Assembly: GCA_963713605.1 (NCBI GenBank)
Contig: CAVQMO010000012.1
Span: forward strand, 288,001 to 352,000
From: an uncultured Nitrososphaerales archaeon
Lineage (GTDB): Archaea > Thermoproteota > Nitrososphaeria > Nitrososphaerales > Nitrososphaeraceae
DNA length: 64,000 bases
Reading direction: 5' to 3'
Made by a program: the position numbers and the translations under genes. Position 1 is the stretch's first letter. Every line of letters begins with the position of its first letter. The notes beneath the pieces were generated by a model, which worked only from the letters and a program-made list of their open reading frames with translations, was not told where the DNA came from and made no database searches. Below, piece after piece: positions 10,555 to 24,075 of this stretch.

Positions 10555-11625
10555 ATGAAGACAACTACTACTTCGACGACGCAATCTAAGGTCTGTAAGA
10601 GTCTTCTCAGCAAGCTAGCATATCCACACAGAGTATCAACAATTCAGACTCAGGACACACATATCTCGTGGATTTTTTTGGCTGGACCCTATGCATATAA
10701 GATTAAAAAACAAGTCAAGTTCGGTGGCGTTCTTGATTTTTCAACACTGGGCTTAAGAAGACAGTATTGCTACAAAGAAGTCGAGCTTAACAAAAAATTG
10801 TGTAAGGATATGTACCTTGGCGTAGTCAGAATCATAGCAATTCCTGATAAGAATCATAATAGAGTTGTGATTGCAGATTCGCATACCAGGACAGGGAAAG
10901 TGATAGAATATGCAGTTAAAATGAAACACATTGCCTCAAAGTACAGAATGGATAAACTCTTAACTACACATAGGATTAAATTAGAAAATATTGGTGAGAT
11001 TGCTTCCATCTTGAATAATTTTCATTCAAGAGCACCAACTAGTAAGGAGATTCAAAAATATGGGCAACCAAAATACCTGAAATACAAAATAAAGGAAAAC
11101 TTTCAAACGTTAGCGAGACTCAGACATCCAACACCACAAGCTGAAGACATGTTAATCAAATTCATAAATAATAATGAAAATGTTTTCCTTACTAGAATCA
11201 GAGATAAGAAAATCAGAGATATTCATGGAGATCTGTATCTCAAAAATATCTTCATTGTCAAAGATAGAAAATATTACTTATACGATAGAGTTGAATTCAA
11301 TGATTCTCTTAGATATGCTGATGTTGCAGAAGATGTTGCTCATCTTTCCATGGATTTAGAATGCCATAAATACAATGACCTCAAGTTATATTTCGTACGA
11401 ACTTATATATTAAAAAGCAGAGATCACGATTTAGTAAAGATTCTTGATTTCCTTATTAGTTATAAGGCGTTCATGAGAGCCAAGGTTTCATTATACCAAG
11501 CAGTTTTTGAGAGGACAAAGACTAGACAGCATATGTTAAAAAAAGAAGCCGATCTACTCTTAGCCTTCGGTCAAAAGTACCTTACAGAATCTAGAATGAA
11601 AGGACTAGGATTCCCTATTGAGTGA
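10555..11625 (+). CDS. Aminoglycoside-phosphotransferase-like kinase (COG2187/Rv2004c N-terminal domain) without the C-terminal AAA domain
   Basis: THISWIFLAGPYAYKIKK, LDFSTL..R...C..EVELN, IHGDLYLKNI, DRVEFNDSLRY.DVAEDVAHLSMDL. Confidence 0.88.
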   Translation: MKTTTTSTTQSKVCKSLLSKLAYPHRVSTIQTQDTHISWIFLAGPYAYKIKKQVKFGGVLDFSTLGLRRQYCYKEVELNKKLCKDMYLGVVRIIAIPDKNHNRVVIADSHTRTGKVIEYAVKMKHIASKYRMDKLLTTHRIKLENIGEIASILNNFHSRAPTSKEIQKYGQPKYLKYKIKENFQTLARLRHPTPQAEDMLIKFINNNENVFLTRIRDKKIRDIHGDLYLKNIFIVKDRKYYLYDRVEFNDSLRYADVAEDVAHLSMDLECHKYNDLKLYFVRTYILKSRDHDLVKILDFLISYKAFMRAKVSLYQAVFERTKTRQHMLKKEADLLLAFGQKYLTESRMKGLGFPIE

Positions 11626-11760
11626 AGTCTAACTATGTAATCATCTTATTTATTCATGTGTTTCTATACCCTAGGGTATCTCATCTATTTCTACTCAATT
11701 TTCAACGATTTGATATTATCCAGAGCAAGTCTTAAATGGTATAGTATGCCTTTCTCTGTT

Positions 11761-11979
11761 ATGACGCATGTTGCGAAAGTAGTAGAACTTATTGGCAATT
11801 CAGATAAAGGTTGGGAGGATGGTGCGCAAGCAGCAGTAGATGAGGCAAGAAAGACAATTCATGGAATTACAGGAATAGAGGTTACCGATATGACTGCAAA
11901 GATAGATCCAAATACAGGCAAGATTACAGAATAACATACAACTGTAAAAATAGCATTTGGTGTTGAACACTCACAATAG
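11761..11979 (+). pseudogene. Dodecin family protein with an in-frame TAA
   Basis: MTHVAKVVELIGNSDKGWEDGAQAAVDEARKTIHGITGIEV...GKITE*HTTVKIAFGVEHSQ; TAA at 11932-11934 replaces the usual Tyr. Confidence 0.85.
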
Positions 11980-12321
11980 CAATTACGTTATCCACCTTCA
12001 ATTTTGACAACACGAGTATTTGTAATGATATCAATATTGTATTTGTTTTTGAAACTTTCTGCTGGTCATGCTATTAACCTGTTGAGATTATCTATAAGTC
12101 CTTTTATTACATATGGCATGCCATGTGCCCCATAAGACACCACAGGTTCTTGGATGATTTTTATTTCTGCATCAGGATCAGACTCGTCCTGCAGTCACGG
12201 TTATACAACATCAGAAGAATGGCGTGTAAAGATACTAATGGCTGATCATTTGATACTATCAAATGTACTTCGACAAACGCAGAGTATCATTTTGATTTTT
12301 GTTTGTGATTAGTAACATAAA

Positions 12322-12341
12322 TGCGATGCATTGCAGTGCAT
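12322..12341. promoter_or_regulatory. (TGCAN)4 array
   Basis: TGCGA TGCAT TGCAG TGCAT. Confidence 0.5.
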
Positions 12342-12614
12342 GTAACACATTTACTTCCCTCAAACAACTTCCCTCAAACAAGCTGTCGTAATCTAACCAT
12401 AGTGGTTATGATACAGTTTAAAGTAATTACATCATCATGTTGAACAAATATTGCCCCTTATCATTGACAGCATTCTATTCCTGGATCTTCGAGAAAATTG
12501 TCTAGATAGTCTAATAGCCCTTAATTGGAGGATTGAACTGTAGTATCTGTTGTTTATTTGAGCTTAGCACAATCGATAAATAGTTCGGACTCAATTGGAC
12601 TGGTTGCATGGTAA

Positions 12615-12870
12615 TTGAGTCAGGGCTTTTGTTGTATTGAGTGTATAATTGCTAATGAAGAAGGGCTAACACCTATTTCATCCCAAGTATTTATTTATGA
12701 AGGAATGTCACTCTGTCTTAAACACTTTCGTATCCGTTCGTTATCTGGTTATATTCCACCGTCGATACTTGAAAAAGTAGAGAGAAAGCGTGAGCAGGAT
12801 CTTCTTGGCATATGAACATTGGTTAAAGAGAATTGAGAATGAAGAGGTGAATGATGGTTCAACTTACTGA
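12615..12870 (+). CDS. Small CxxC...CxxH zinc-binding protein (frameshift near the C-terminus)
   Basis: CCIEC...YEGMSLCLKH; continues in another frame as AYEHWLKRIENEEV; paralog at 19203. Confidence 0.55.
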
Positions 12871-12904
12871 AAGCCTAAATTGGGCTGATAGGTTACTGTT
12901 TCTT

Positions 12905-13040
12905 TAACCGTCCAGGATACATGAGGTTCTTTTTGAATTATAGCCTATCTCTACGTTAGGATTGATACGTCTTGCCTTTGATGCTGCACTCATCCCAGCA
13001 GGAACACCTCCAATAATCAGGGTCTCTTGTTTTCCCTCAC
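12905..13040 (-). pseudogene. N-terminal remnant of a CoA-disulfide reductase/NADH oxidase
   Basis: LIIGGVPAGMSAASKARRINPNVEI...QKEPHVSW. Confidence 0.65.
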
Positions 13041-13769
13041 TTAACTACTGCCTGTTTACAATCAATCTGCCTTTGAATTAAGTTCTGGTTGGAGCTGAAT
13101 GTTTGATTGTTAAGATCAACTCAATGTCTTGCATTATCGCTAGCCGACTTGGCATGTGCCGGATCTGCTTCAGCCGTCATAGACATTTACATGACTATCC
13201 AACAAATCGAGAAAAAGTTACGGTCTGGCCAGCAGATATACCAGAGACATGAAATCCAATTTCGATTTATAGAAATCATGTTCTGACTGTTCCACTTTTC
13301 GATCTTCTTTTACCGGATCTGGTTCAATAGGAAACAAGTATGCCGATAGAACTTGCATAACCTTTCTTCCGACGGTCTATATTGAGTCTCGATATGATGC
13401 ATAATGAAGTCATACTTAAGTCATACTTAAGTTGGACGACACCAATAACGGAAAAATAGTATGCAATTCTTGAGAAACAACTCACATACGGTCTGTCATC
13501 CCACTATGAATCAGACTCATTGATTTAATAGTCGTTTTCGGCTGCGAAAACCAAGTTGATGCAAACGACCTAGCACTCCATTACAGGTATGCTGAACTAC
13601 GCAAGGCATTCCCTGTCAGGTGATCATTCCAGAACAACCTAAAAGATGTCCGTTTGTCTTGCAGTGCAAGCAGGAATATTATATGCTAGTTTGTACTACA
13701 TCGTTGATAGGAATGTACGCTGATGAAAGATTCTAACTTTAAACAGCTTGCTTTGAATGGCTAAAATGG

Positions 13770-14102
13770 TTGACCATATATTTAGCAGTTGCTTTTGTCA
13801 TAATGCTTTTCTTGCCCTTCCCCGCTGATCTTGCTGTAGCATCGCTTGCATTCTTGGCGCTTAGTTGGTACAAAAGAAATCTGCTATTAAGTAAATTAGG
13901 CATGGAAAATGCGAGAAGCAAGGATACCGGTTTCGAATTAAAAAAAATCAAAGAATTCTATAAATCAATCTTTTCCAATGTCTCTCATTCAACAGATTAT
14001 GGCCAAAGTCAGGTCAAGTCCTATTGTATGAAATGTGGTAATGAGCACAGGGAAATTGCATGTCCCAAATGTGGTTCAAAAATGAAAAGGATAGGATTAT
14101 AA
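13770..14102 (+). CDS. Membrane protein with a C-terminal zinc ribbon
   Basis: Hydrophobic N-terminus; YCMKCG...CPKCGSKM. Confidence 0.7.
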   Translation: MTIYLAVAFVIMLFLPFPADLAVASLAFLALSWYKRNLLLSKLGMENARSKDTGFELKKIKEFYKSIFSNVSHSTDYGQSQVKSYCMKCGNEHREIACPKCGSKMKRIGL

Positions 14103-14309
14103 TTCCGCTAACAGTCATGTTAGATATCAACAATACCTATTTTAATGGACAGACACTCAAGATGATTCATCTAACGGGAAGCTAAAACTGTACGGATTCT
14201 CTCTTCAAACTCAAGGATGCAAAGGAATTTTTCAAACGATTTAGGTACATTTAACAAAGAATCAGAAATAGATAAATTATTAAAAGTACTGATCGATTAG
14301 TACAATCTG

Positions 14310-14850
14310 ATGACTTTGACAAAAGATAACATAGCAATTATCCCAGTACTTGATTTTATGACTAGAAATGTAATAACAATACCTGAAAATCGAACCATGA
14401 AGCAAGCGTCGAAATTAATGTATGAAGACAATATAGGAAGCATAGTTATTCTAAAAGAAGGGAGTGGCTCCAATCTTGATGGCAATGTATCTGGAAGTAC
14501 AACCGAGAGGGTGAGAAATACCAATAGGGATCGTTACCGAGAGAGATATTGCCAGGACAGTGGGATTCGCTCCCAAGCATTCCATTTTTGGCGATATTCC
14601 TCTCTCGGAAATTATGAGTAAGCCGTTGATAACAATTCACCTAGGTGCCTCATTGAAAGATGCAGTAGTTTTGATGCAACAAAAAGACATCAGAAGACTG
14701 CCCATTATTGATAATAATGGACAATTGGTAGGTATCATTACTGAGAAGGACCTGCTCAGAGTGGTTTTCAAAATCTTCAAGAAGACTAGCAAGGACCAGG
14801 GTTTAGTTTCTGAGGGTTTTGATTTGTTGGGATTCCTTGGAGCAGAATAG
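14310..14850 (+). CDS. CBS-domain protein (one frameshift at ~14515)
   Basis: FMTRNVITI..NIGSIVI / PIGIVTERDIAR..MSKPLIT..IRRLPI..GIITEKD. Confidence 0.88.
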
Positions 14851-15070
14851 GATTTCCCTTCACATAGTGGTAAGTCTCTAAACTTCCGGAATTATGTCAT
14901 AGTAAACCGGAGCTAGCATGTCATAGTGTGATATACATAGTTAGTAATAGTAGTGATTTCAAAAGCTTGTGATACCTGTTATAATGCTGTAATCTGAGAC
15001 TTACCTGTTTTTCCGTTTGAGCATCATTCCAAACTGTCAGACGGTGGCTGGGGAATAGGCTGACAACTTG

Positions 15071-15486
15071 CTATTTTACAATTATGACAGTATGTCCGCC
15101 GTAGTGAACAAGCTTGGAAGATGTACTTCCAATTAGAAAACTGTCAGATGATAGATATTTACCTCTACCTCCAACCACAATGACGTCCATATTTTCTCTT
15201 TTTGAAATTTCTAATATTTTCTCGGCAACATCCCTTCCTTTGTCTTCAATCACATTTACCTGAGAAGATTTCAACCCTAAATCTTTTGCTTTGGATTGAT
15301 ATCCTTGGAGAATTTGTTGACTATCTTGTTCCAATTCACTCACTATAGAGTGACCAACGGTCCCATATTCCTCAATTATATGACTATCAGCAAACTGGAT
15401 TCAAATTTCTTTGAGATACCTGCTCAAATTTAAAAGCTTACTACCTCCCTCCGAACCGTCGACAGCCACAGAATTCTGGAAAGCAT
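15071..15486 (-). CDS. Universal stress protein (frameshifted)
   Basis: MLSRIL/VAVDGSEG N-terminus; DVIVVGGRG...LIGSTSSKLVHYGGHTVIIVK. Confidence 0.85.
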
Positions 15487-16171
15487 TCCCTATTAATGAT
15501 CTTATTTAGTTATATTTGTGTTATCTATAATCTTTAATCTATTCTATTTTGATGCTATACCACGAACAACTCCTATAAGATATCTGTTGATAACATCAAG
15601 GAATCCGGTTCAAAGCAAGAGAAATTTGAAAGGCGAATTTACACTCAGTCCGTGATCAGCCTGTGAGCTTGGCCTTGCTACCTGTTCTATCCTATAGTTG
15701 ATTAGCATTATCTTCTAGTGAAAGAGGTTTGCTATAGAAGAGTAACTAATAGATAAGTGATAATTTTTAAGTTTTTAAAATTTGTAGATGTTGTAACAAT
15801 CGGTCCTTTTTATATTCAACTACTTATTGAAATCAAATAATTCGAGGCCTAAGGCCTCATGCAGACTCTATATATCGAGCCCAATTGAGCACAAGTGTTT
15901 TTAATGACTTGTATCCTCTTCACCAAATATTGAGCAATCGACAAAATAATAAAAAATAAGAAGAAGTAAACCCAATAGGAATTCGAAGCGCTCATTTTTC
16001 AAGCGGCTACGGATGGTGAATTCAGTCAAAATTAGTCTACCTTGGTCTTTCCTTAAAGGTTAAGCTATCTACTCCTGACGCCTATTCATGTATATTTTCG
16101 ATGGTGTAAGATACAATAAAATAAAATAATTCGTCAAGGATAAAATAGCCTGTACATGTAGAGAGCGGGAT

Positions 16172-16400
16172 ATGAGAACTCCGGTATTTGTTAAGTACTC
16201 AAATCATGTGTTGATGGTGCGACCAAGAGTAAAATACTTAAAGAAGCAAGTCCTCTGACTCACGAACAATTAAGGAGAATAACTGCAGAATTAGTAGATA
16301 AGGAACTTTTAAGGTACGTAGATGTGAAACGAGTTTATATGACCACCGACAAAGGGCATCAGTTCCTGAATCAAAATAGGAACCTAAAAGATGCGGATAA
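16172..16400 (+). CDS. Winged-helix transcription regulator (archaeal HTH), frameshifted
   Basis: VLKSCVDGATKSKILKEASPLTHEQLRRITAELVDKELLRYVDVKRVYMTTDKGHQFL. Confidence 0.6.
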
Positions 16401-16699
16401 GAAAGTGCATGTCTATCCTAACTTTTTCTCGCCATTGTGTATCATTGTAAATTATATTGTTGTAAATTGTAAATTATATTGTTATATTAGGAAATACCGC
16501 AACTGCACAAAGGAAAAGAAAGCAGAAGAGAAGAATATGCAGTGCGCTTCATTGAAATTGACTTTCTTCTTCCGGATATTGGCATGAAATTGAAAATGTG
16601 TGTAAGGGAGATTCCAAACTTGGCATCGTATATTTAATGAATGACGAATCCTGTTCAACATTATGTATGTTACAAATAAAGAAATGGAAATCGCTCGCT

Positions 16700-18110
16700 T
16701 TGCACACCGATGAGTTAAAAAGAAGTATTAGCCTCTTTCAGGCGATCACTTATGGAGTAGGCCTGATTCTAGGCGCTGGAATATATGTAATTATTGGAGA
16801 TGTAGCGGCGATTGCTGGCAATGCAATGTGGATTTCATTCATACTGGCTACATTAATTGCTATAGTAACAGGATTCAGTTATGCTGAATTATCATCTATA
16901 TTCCCAAAAAGTGCTGCCAGAGTATGTCTACTCGAAAAATGCATTTGATAGTAATTTTGTGGGATCGATAGCAGGTTGTATGGTTATCTTTGTTGCCATA
17001 GTTTCCGCAGCTACGGTTGCGATCGGATTTGCAGAATACTTTGTGCAATGATATCCTCACAACTTAATCCAATATTATTTGCTGTTCTCCTAATGTTAGT
17101 ATTATCATTTATCAATTTTTATGGAATATCGGAATCTATAAAGCTTAATACAGCTTTCACATTCATAGAACTCGCAGGGCTGGTCCTAGTAGTCATTGCT
17201 GGCTTTTGGTTGGGCTCACCAGAGAAGACTGACTATTTTGAAATCCCTGGCGATACTGATCTATTTGAGATTCCACCTAATGTTGTCATTAGCATTCTCT
17301 TATCCGGCACTGGTTTAATATTCTTTGCTTATTACGGTTTTGAGAATATAGTCAATATCTCAGAGGAGACTAAGAATCCTACTCGAGTGATACCTATGGC
17401 AGTACTGATTCTCTATCATCATAACAACGGTCATCTATGTAGTTGTGGCATTTGCCGTCACAGCTTTAGTGGGGTGGGAGGAATTGTCACAATCACAGAG
17501 CTCCACAACTTTGGTAGCAGAGAGGGCTTTGGGTAAGAACGGTGATTTCATTCTATCTGTAATTGCGTTATTTGCAACCTCTAACACATGTCTAATGATG
17601 CTTATTTCTGGCTCTCGTATTATTTACGGGATGTCAAAGAGTGAAAGAAAGATTGGTTATGATTCTTCGTTGCCATCCAGCTCCACTACATCGATATTTC
17701 CAAGAGCATTAGCTAGAGTTCATGATACCAGAAAAACTCCTTGGATTGCAATTATAGTCACAATGATAATCGGAATTATTGTTGTTATTTCATCCGGCGG
17801 GAGTATATCCAAAGTTGCAAATATTTCAGTCTTTGGAATATTCATAGTGTACGCCCTTGTCAATCTTTCCTTGATAGTATTGAGATTGAGAAAGCCTAAT
17901 CTCAAGGGGGACTTTGTATCTCCAATTAGCACCAAAGGTAATTTCCCAGTCCTTGCCGCCATAGGTTTAGTGACCTCTATAGTGATTCTCATGCAGTTCG
18001 ACTTTGAGGTTGCAATATCAGGATTGATTATATTAACAATGATTATAATTTTTTGCCTGCAGCTCAACAGAATGCACAAAAAGCAAAATGTTAGTGACAA
18101 TAATCCCTAA
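16700..18110 (+). CDS. APC-family amino acid permease (several frameshifts)
   Basis: LKRSISLFQAITYGVGLILGAGIY, SYAELSSIFP, FFAYYGFE..SEETKNP, TPWIAI across consecutive ORFs. Confidence 0.9.
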
Positions 18111-18455
18111 TCTAATGACCATTAATCGGTGGAAAAGTATGCAATAAGTATACACATATAACACTATAGATCGTAGCAGTAAGAATTCCGGAAGTCATAT
18201 AAGACCACTTTGATGCACTTTGCCAAACTTCTTAAGGCTGTGCGGACGTCTCTCTGTATTCAGACCCTGACACAATAGTTCCACCATTTTCTAGATGCAC
18301 TTTGTTTCATACCTTACTCCAAAAGAATATCAACAGTATCGTTGCTAAGAATGAAGGTAATAGAATCTTATACGGATATTTCTAGAGATTCTTATCATAC
18401 TTATTTGAAAAAGGAGTAGTATTTAAGCGAATAAGTACCAAATCGTTCTCTATGG

Positions 18456-18470
18456 TGCAATACACTGCAC
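18456..18470. promoter_or_regulatory. (TGCAN)3 array (near-palindrome ggtgcaatacactgcacc)
   Basis: TGCAA TACAC TGCAC; TATA-like atttaag at 18421. Confidence 0.4.
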
Positions 18471-18896
18471 CTACTCGTTCATTATCGATGTTTATTATTT
18501 TGTGGATTGCAATTTCCTGCACTTGATTAAAGACCCAGAAATATATTCCAAATCTCTTTTATCATTTATTCACCGCATATACGAAAGTTAGCCTATAAGA
18601 GAAAGTCAAAGGAACCAAGTCCCTTTCTAGAGGGAAAGAATCTTCTAAACCAATCGTATGGTTCTATGTTCCACAAACTGAGCTGTAATATTCACCTGAA
18701 GAAGATGACACATGCGATTTATTTAACTTTTATGTCCAGTGATAACGATCACGTATAAGAATTTCTGCTACTGTAAATCTGGTTTTGCATAATACGTTGG
18801 GTGAAATATGAATCATAATGTGTCAATTCTCAATTTCATAATTCTGTGTCTTGTACTCTGTCTAATCTGTAGAATGCTATTGTTACGTTAGTTGAT

Positions 18897-18917
18897 TGCA
18901 GATGCAATGCACTGCAA
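18897..18917. promoter_or_regulatory. (TGCAN)n array
   Basis: TGCAGA TGCAA TGCAC TGCAA. Confidence 0.5.
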
Positions 18918-19202
18918 TCGTACCTGATACTGTTACCAATCACTTTCCATAATTCTAGGAAGTTGTTTGTGTACATATAGAAATAACAATTTCTCGATCC
19001 TCGAAGTTACTACTCTTGTACTAGTAATCTAATTGCTACTCCACCAGAATCAAAAAACAACTCTGGGATTTGAGACTCTTAAAATGTAGCAATTATTCTT
19101 GGTGCTATTACATTCGAAGTACCTTATGGCTCAAAAAATTAAGAACCAAATGTTTCAATTGATAAATGGTTCAGAGTTCAAAGGATTGGGTGCACGATTT
19201 AA

Positions 19203-19425
19203 TTGAATCAGATCGTCTATTGTATTGACTGAAGAAGTGCGCACACTTATTTCATCCCAGATATTATACTTGAAGGAATGTCACTTTGTCGCAAACACTT
19301 TCTTTTCCGCAGTGGTCAGTGGGTATAGTCCATCGTCAAACCTCGAAAAGTAGATAAGCGTGAAGAAGATCTTCAGGCATACAAATATTGGTTGAAAAGA
19401 GTCGAGAATGAGAAGGCAAATGATA
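19203..19425 (+). pseudogene. Degraded paralog of the 12615 zinc-binding protein
   Basis: Clear nucleotide similarity (tatttcatccca, gaaggaatgtcact, aaacacttt, gaaaagtaga, attggtt..aaga). Confidence 0.7.
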
Positions 19426-19566
19426 TATCTACTCCTAATGATTTTCGAAGTTAAACTGAATGTCATAAACCACTGTTTGATCAAAAAAGGCCAAGATATT
19501 GGTCCATTCCTTATTCAGCTCAATCTTGTCAGAATTACTTAAATGTCTGAATCATTTATTTAATAG

Positions 19567-19710
19567 ATGGTAATGATGAAAAATGATAAGGCAGGAGTGG
19601 ATGCACGCGAAAATGTCGAGAATCCTGAGATAGTGGAGTGTGGAATCTGTGGTTATCATTATCAGAAAACAAAGAAATGTCCGCAATGTTCAATGAAAGA
19701 AGGGACCTGA
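19567..19710 (+). CDS. Small zinc-ribbon protein (47 aa)
   Basis: MVMMKNDKAGVDARENVENPEIVECGICGYHYQKTKKCPQCSMKEGT; TATA tttatttaa directly upstream. Confidence 0.6.
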   Translation: MVMMKNDKAGVDARENVENPEIVECGICGYHYQKTKKCPQCSMKEGT

Positions 19711-19894
19711 GCGAATTCAGATTTATTGTGTCAACGAAGTCAATTTTTTATTGTCTCAGGATCGAGGACCAATCATAGATTTCAAAAATTCATTATTAAG
19801 GTTAGATGTAGAGATATAATTTTGGTAACTAGCCAATGTAACTAACTATATTCAGAGGAGCAAAGGAGGAGGCGCTAAGAGCAAGGATTGCCCC

Positions 19895-22810
19895 TTAGAG
19901 ATTAACCTTTAATGAGACGATTTTAAAAGCCCCAATACTTATCATTATAGTATTGTCGTCAACGAATGCTTCAGACATAATGCTATTATTTTCTTGGTTT
20001 CAGATTGAGTAACAGGAATCGGGATTTCTTGAATTTGATTTTCGAGCAGATCTATGATTGATGCAGACTTGATCTGTTTGAAGAATATCAATCATTCATT
20101 TTCTTGCTCTTCCTTCCGTTTCGTAAATCCTAACAACTAGCGAATGGTCATCACTATTACGTTGTAGTTCATCAAGTTTAAGCGTGCTAAGAATTACATT
20201 TTTTGGACGAATCTCCAGAAACGAATGTTGATAATCTTGTAATCTAACTGCAGATATCGCTATCAAATTATTTTATTGTATCATGTTGTGATGCTTCCGT
20301 TCCTCCCAAATGAATTGCAATCAGAGGCATGTTAAATTCCATAGCGTGTCGATATGTAGTGCTCTCTCTCCAACCTTCTTCATGCGGGAGAACTGAATAT
20401 CTAAAGGTATATGGCTTCATCTCTGCTGCCTCAGGTGTCGGAATACATGGACCCATGATTCCGTCAGCCGACAACACCATAATACTCCTTAAGAGAGTAA
20501 GATAAATTGAACCATCTCTCACCTCATGGGATGGTATACCTCTGATGTATTATACTGATTCCTATCCTCGCACATTCCTTTTTTTCCTCATACAGAATAG
20601 TCAATCCAATCCAAAGATGGGAAAACTCCACTCGGTCTTTCGACCCATCCACTTGCGTTCCTATTATAGAAGAGGTTAGCCTTCCTCTTAATGGCACCAA
20701 ATTGGGTACCACACCAATAATCATCAGAGGAACATGGAGTTCGAAACCTTACTCTTATTCGCGAATGAGGATGTCTGTCGTATATATGGGTCACAAAATC
20801 TATTCTATCAAGTGATTTGTAGACTACAATCTCTTTCTCTATATCAACAAAATTATGTCTATACAATATTGGCTTTAACTTGTGGGTCAACCTGTATGGC
20901 CATCTTAACGCATAGTATTTACTTTTCAGTTGATATGATAGGTCAATTTACCTTCAAGGACGCTAAAGCTTTCACATTTAAATGAGCCATACTTGACGCC
21001 TTCTCCTGTCTCTGACTTTAGTAACCCTAAATTGTCCCTGTGATAGTAAAGATCCCCTAGTTCTTCCTCCAACATAATTTCATTGCCCTTAAAGTAATCC
21101 TTGCCATCTTTGGATACACTTAGCAGACCATTTTCAGGGTCAATCAAGACATCAAAATTGTTTCTATTTCTAAAAGTTGTGGAGTGGATTGAATTTCTCC
21201 CTGAAGGAGATATTTTCGCCAGGCACTATTTTATATACCCGGTATCCAATGGCGGTATTTCGGCTATAAAACCAATTTTCAATGTTTGAATGGATCCATC
21301 GGGATAGGGCGAAACATTCAATGATTTCTATGTCAATATTTTTTTCTCCCTCATGCATATTCACCTTGTTCTTTTCACGTGAGAATTTGTTTGACTATCA
21401 GCAAGGGTAGTAGAACTGAATGGAATAATCGTTTCTAAATGAGAAATGCCTCTTATTTTACCCTCGATCAAATTCTAGTACACATTCTACCCAATTCTTA
21501 ACTTTCCATGTTAGTGAATTGAATACTACGAAATCTTGGCCATCACCGTTGCAAAAGTGGGACACCAAATGCAATAGACAATACACAATCGATTCTTTAA
21601 TAGACCCAAAATCTGATTTGAATAATTGTCTTATCTCATTGTACACCTCGTCTATTCCGGTCCCAGGTAGAGCATCGTGCATGGCCATGAAAAGGAGGTT
21701 GTTCCAGTAGTTCTTCAATCTGTCATAAACATCTTGATCTACCCCCTCTAAGCGCACTTAGAGCAAGCCATCTCTCAAGAGTTAGCAACAAATTCTCATA
21801 TGCTTTTACGCCTTGTTTAATCCACATTCTTGATGAGTGCTAGTCAGGAAAAACCTCTGATAGTCTCCCCGAATACATCTCTCCCTTTCGGATTGCAAAT
21901 CTTACGTCATCATTATCTTGAACCTTTTCAAGATTGGAAAAATACTCAGATGGCGTGGCTATCAATATTTTTGGTTTCTTTGCATTCTTAGGAGATGAAG
22001 CAGTTGAATCACTACCGGTAATCGCATATGGAGTACCCAATGATTTGCCATATCATGCCACTATCATCGATATCTATCTCTGCATTCCATTTTCCTACTA
22101 TTTCTACTGTCTCTGGTTGTGGGAGTGTTACACCGCTGCCAGATGGCATAAATATATGACGAGTGGCTGCATACTTTTCAAGCTCTTTGTAGGATTTCTG
22201 AAGCTGGGTTAGATCAAGACCAGCTCTATAGCCTAAGGGCATCCAATGGCACAAAACACGTGAACCATCTAGCCCTTCCCACCAAAACTCTGAAGGTTTA
22301 GATATATCTGCGCCCCTTCTGAAAGCGAAATATCGGTATCCACACCCGAGTAGGATTTGAGGCCATTGTGCGTTAAAACCAAATTCATCAGCTCCCCAGC
22401 CAACAATTACATCTTGATCAAATTTCTCCTTTATGTATTGTTTACCCTTCGATATTTCCCTAATTAGAGTTTCTCCATGCGGTAACATAACATCTGACAT
22501 CAAATATTGACCACCCGCAATCTCCATTCTTTTTTCCCTGATTAGTCTTGTTATGTCTACAAAGAGTGACCGATAACTGGCTTCAACCTGTTCAAGAAGA
22601 TAAGTTTGTTCGATTGTGAATTTATACTCTGGATTTGTCTTCATTAGATTCTACTGCCTTGTTTCAAAATAAATTCAATGTTGATACGAAAGTAATCCTC
22701 TTTGTTGAATACCCATATTGCATCGTAATGTGTATGAGGAACGAAATAGATGATTGATTCTAAGATCTTTTTTTGTCGTTACTGTGCTTTATTATCTCCC
22801 TATAATTCAA
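19895..22810 (-). CDS. Glycoside hydrolase family 38 alpha-mannosidase (many frameshifts)
   Basis: YFVPHTHYDAIW, KFTIEQ, GGQYLMSD, nucleophile GWGADEFGFNAQWPQIL, EFWWEGLDGSRVL, GEMYSG, MHDALPGTGIDEVY, VFNSL, LTLLRS in collinear fragments. Confidence 0.9.
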
Positions 22811-22895
22811 GATTTTATCCATATCAGGAAATCCTCAAACAATATAAAAGATTAATCGATCAATTATGCAATAAAATGTCGTCCATTACGAACTC

Positions 22896-23945
<1,050 letters not shown>

Positions 23946-24075
23946 TTAACTTACAATCCAATTACTGGATTTATGAATGTTATACATAGATATTTCTCTG
24001 CTTTTCACATAGCTAGCTTTAGAGTACATTTTAAATTCATTAAACTTTTTTTACTTCTGGATGCTTCCTTTGATT

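Noticed and set aside
11932..11934. Selenocysteine or pyrrolysine recoding in dodecin
   Set aside because: The stop is TAA, not TGA or TAG, and the position is normally Tyr.
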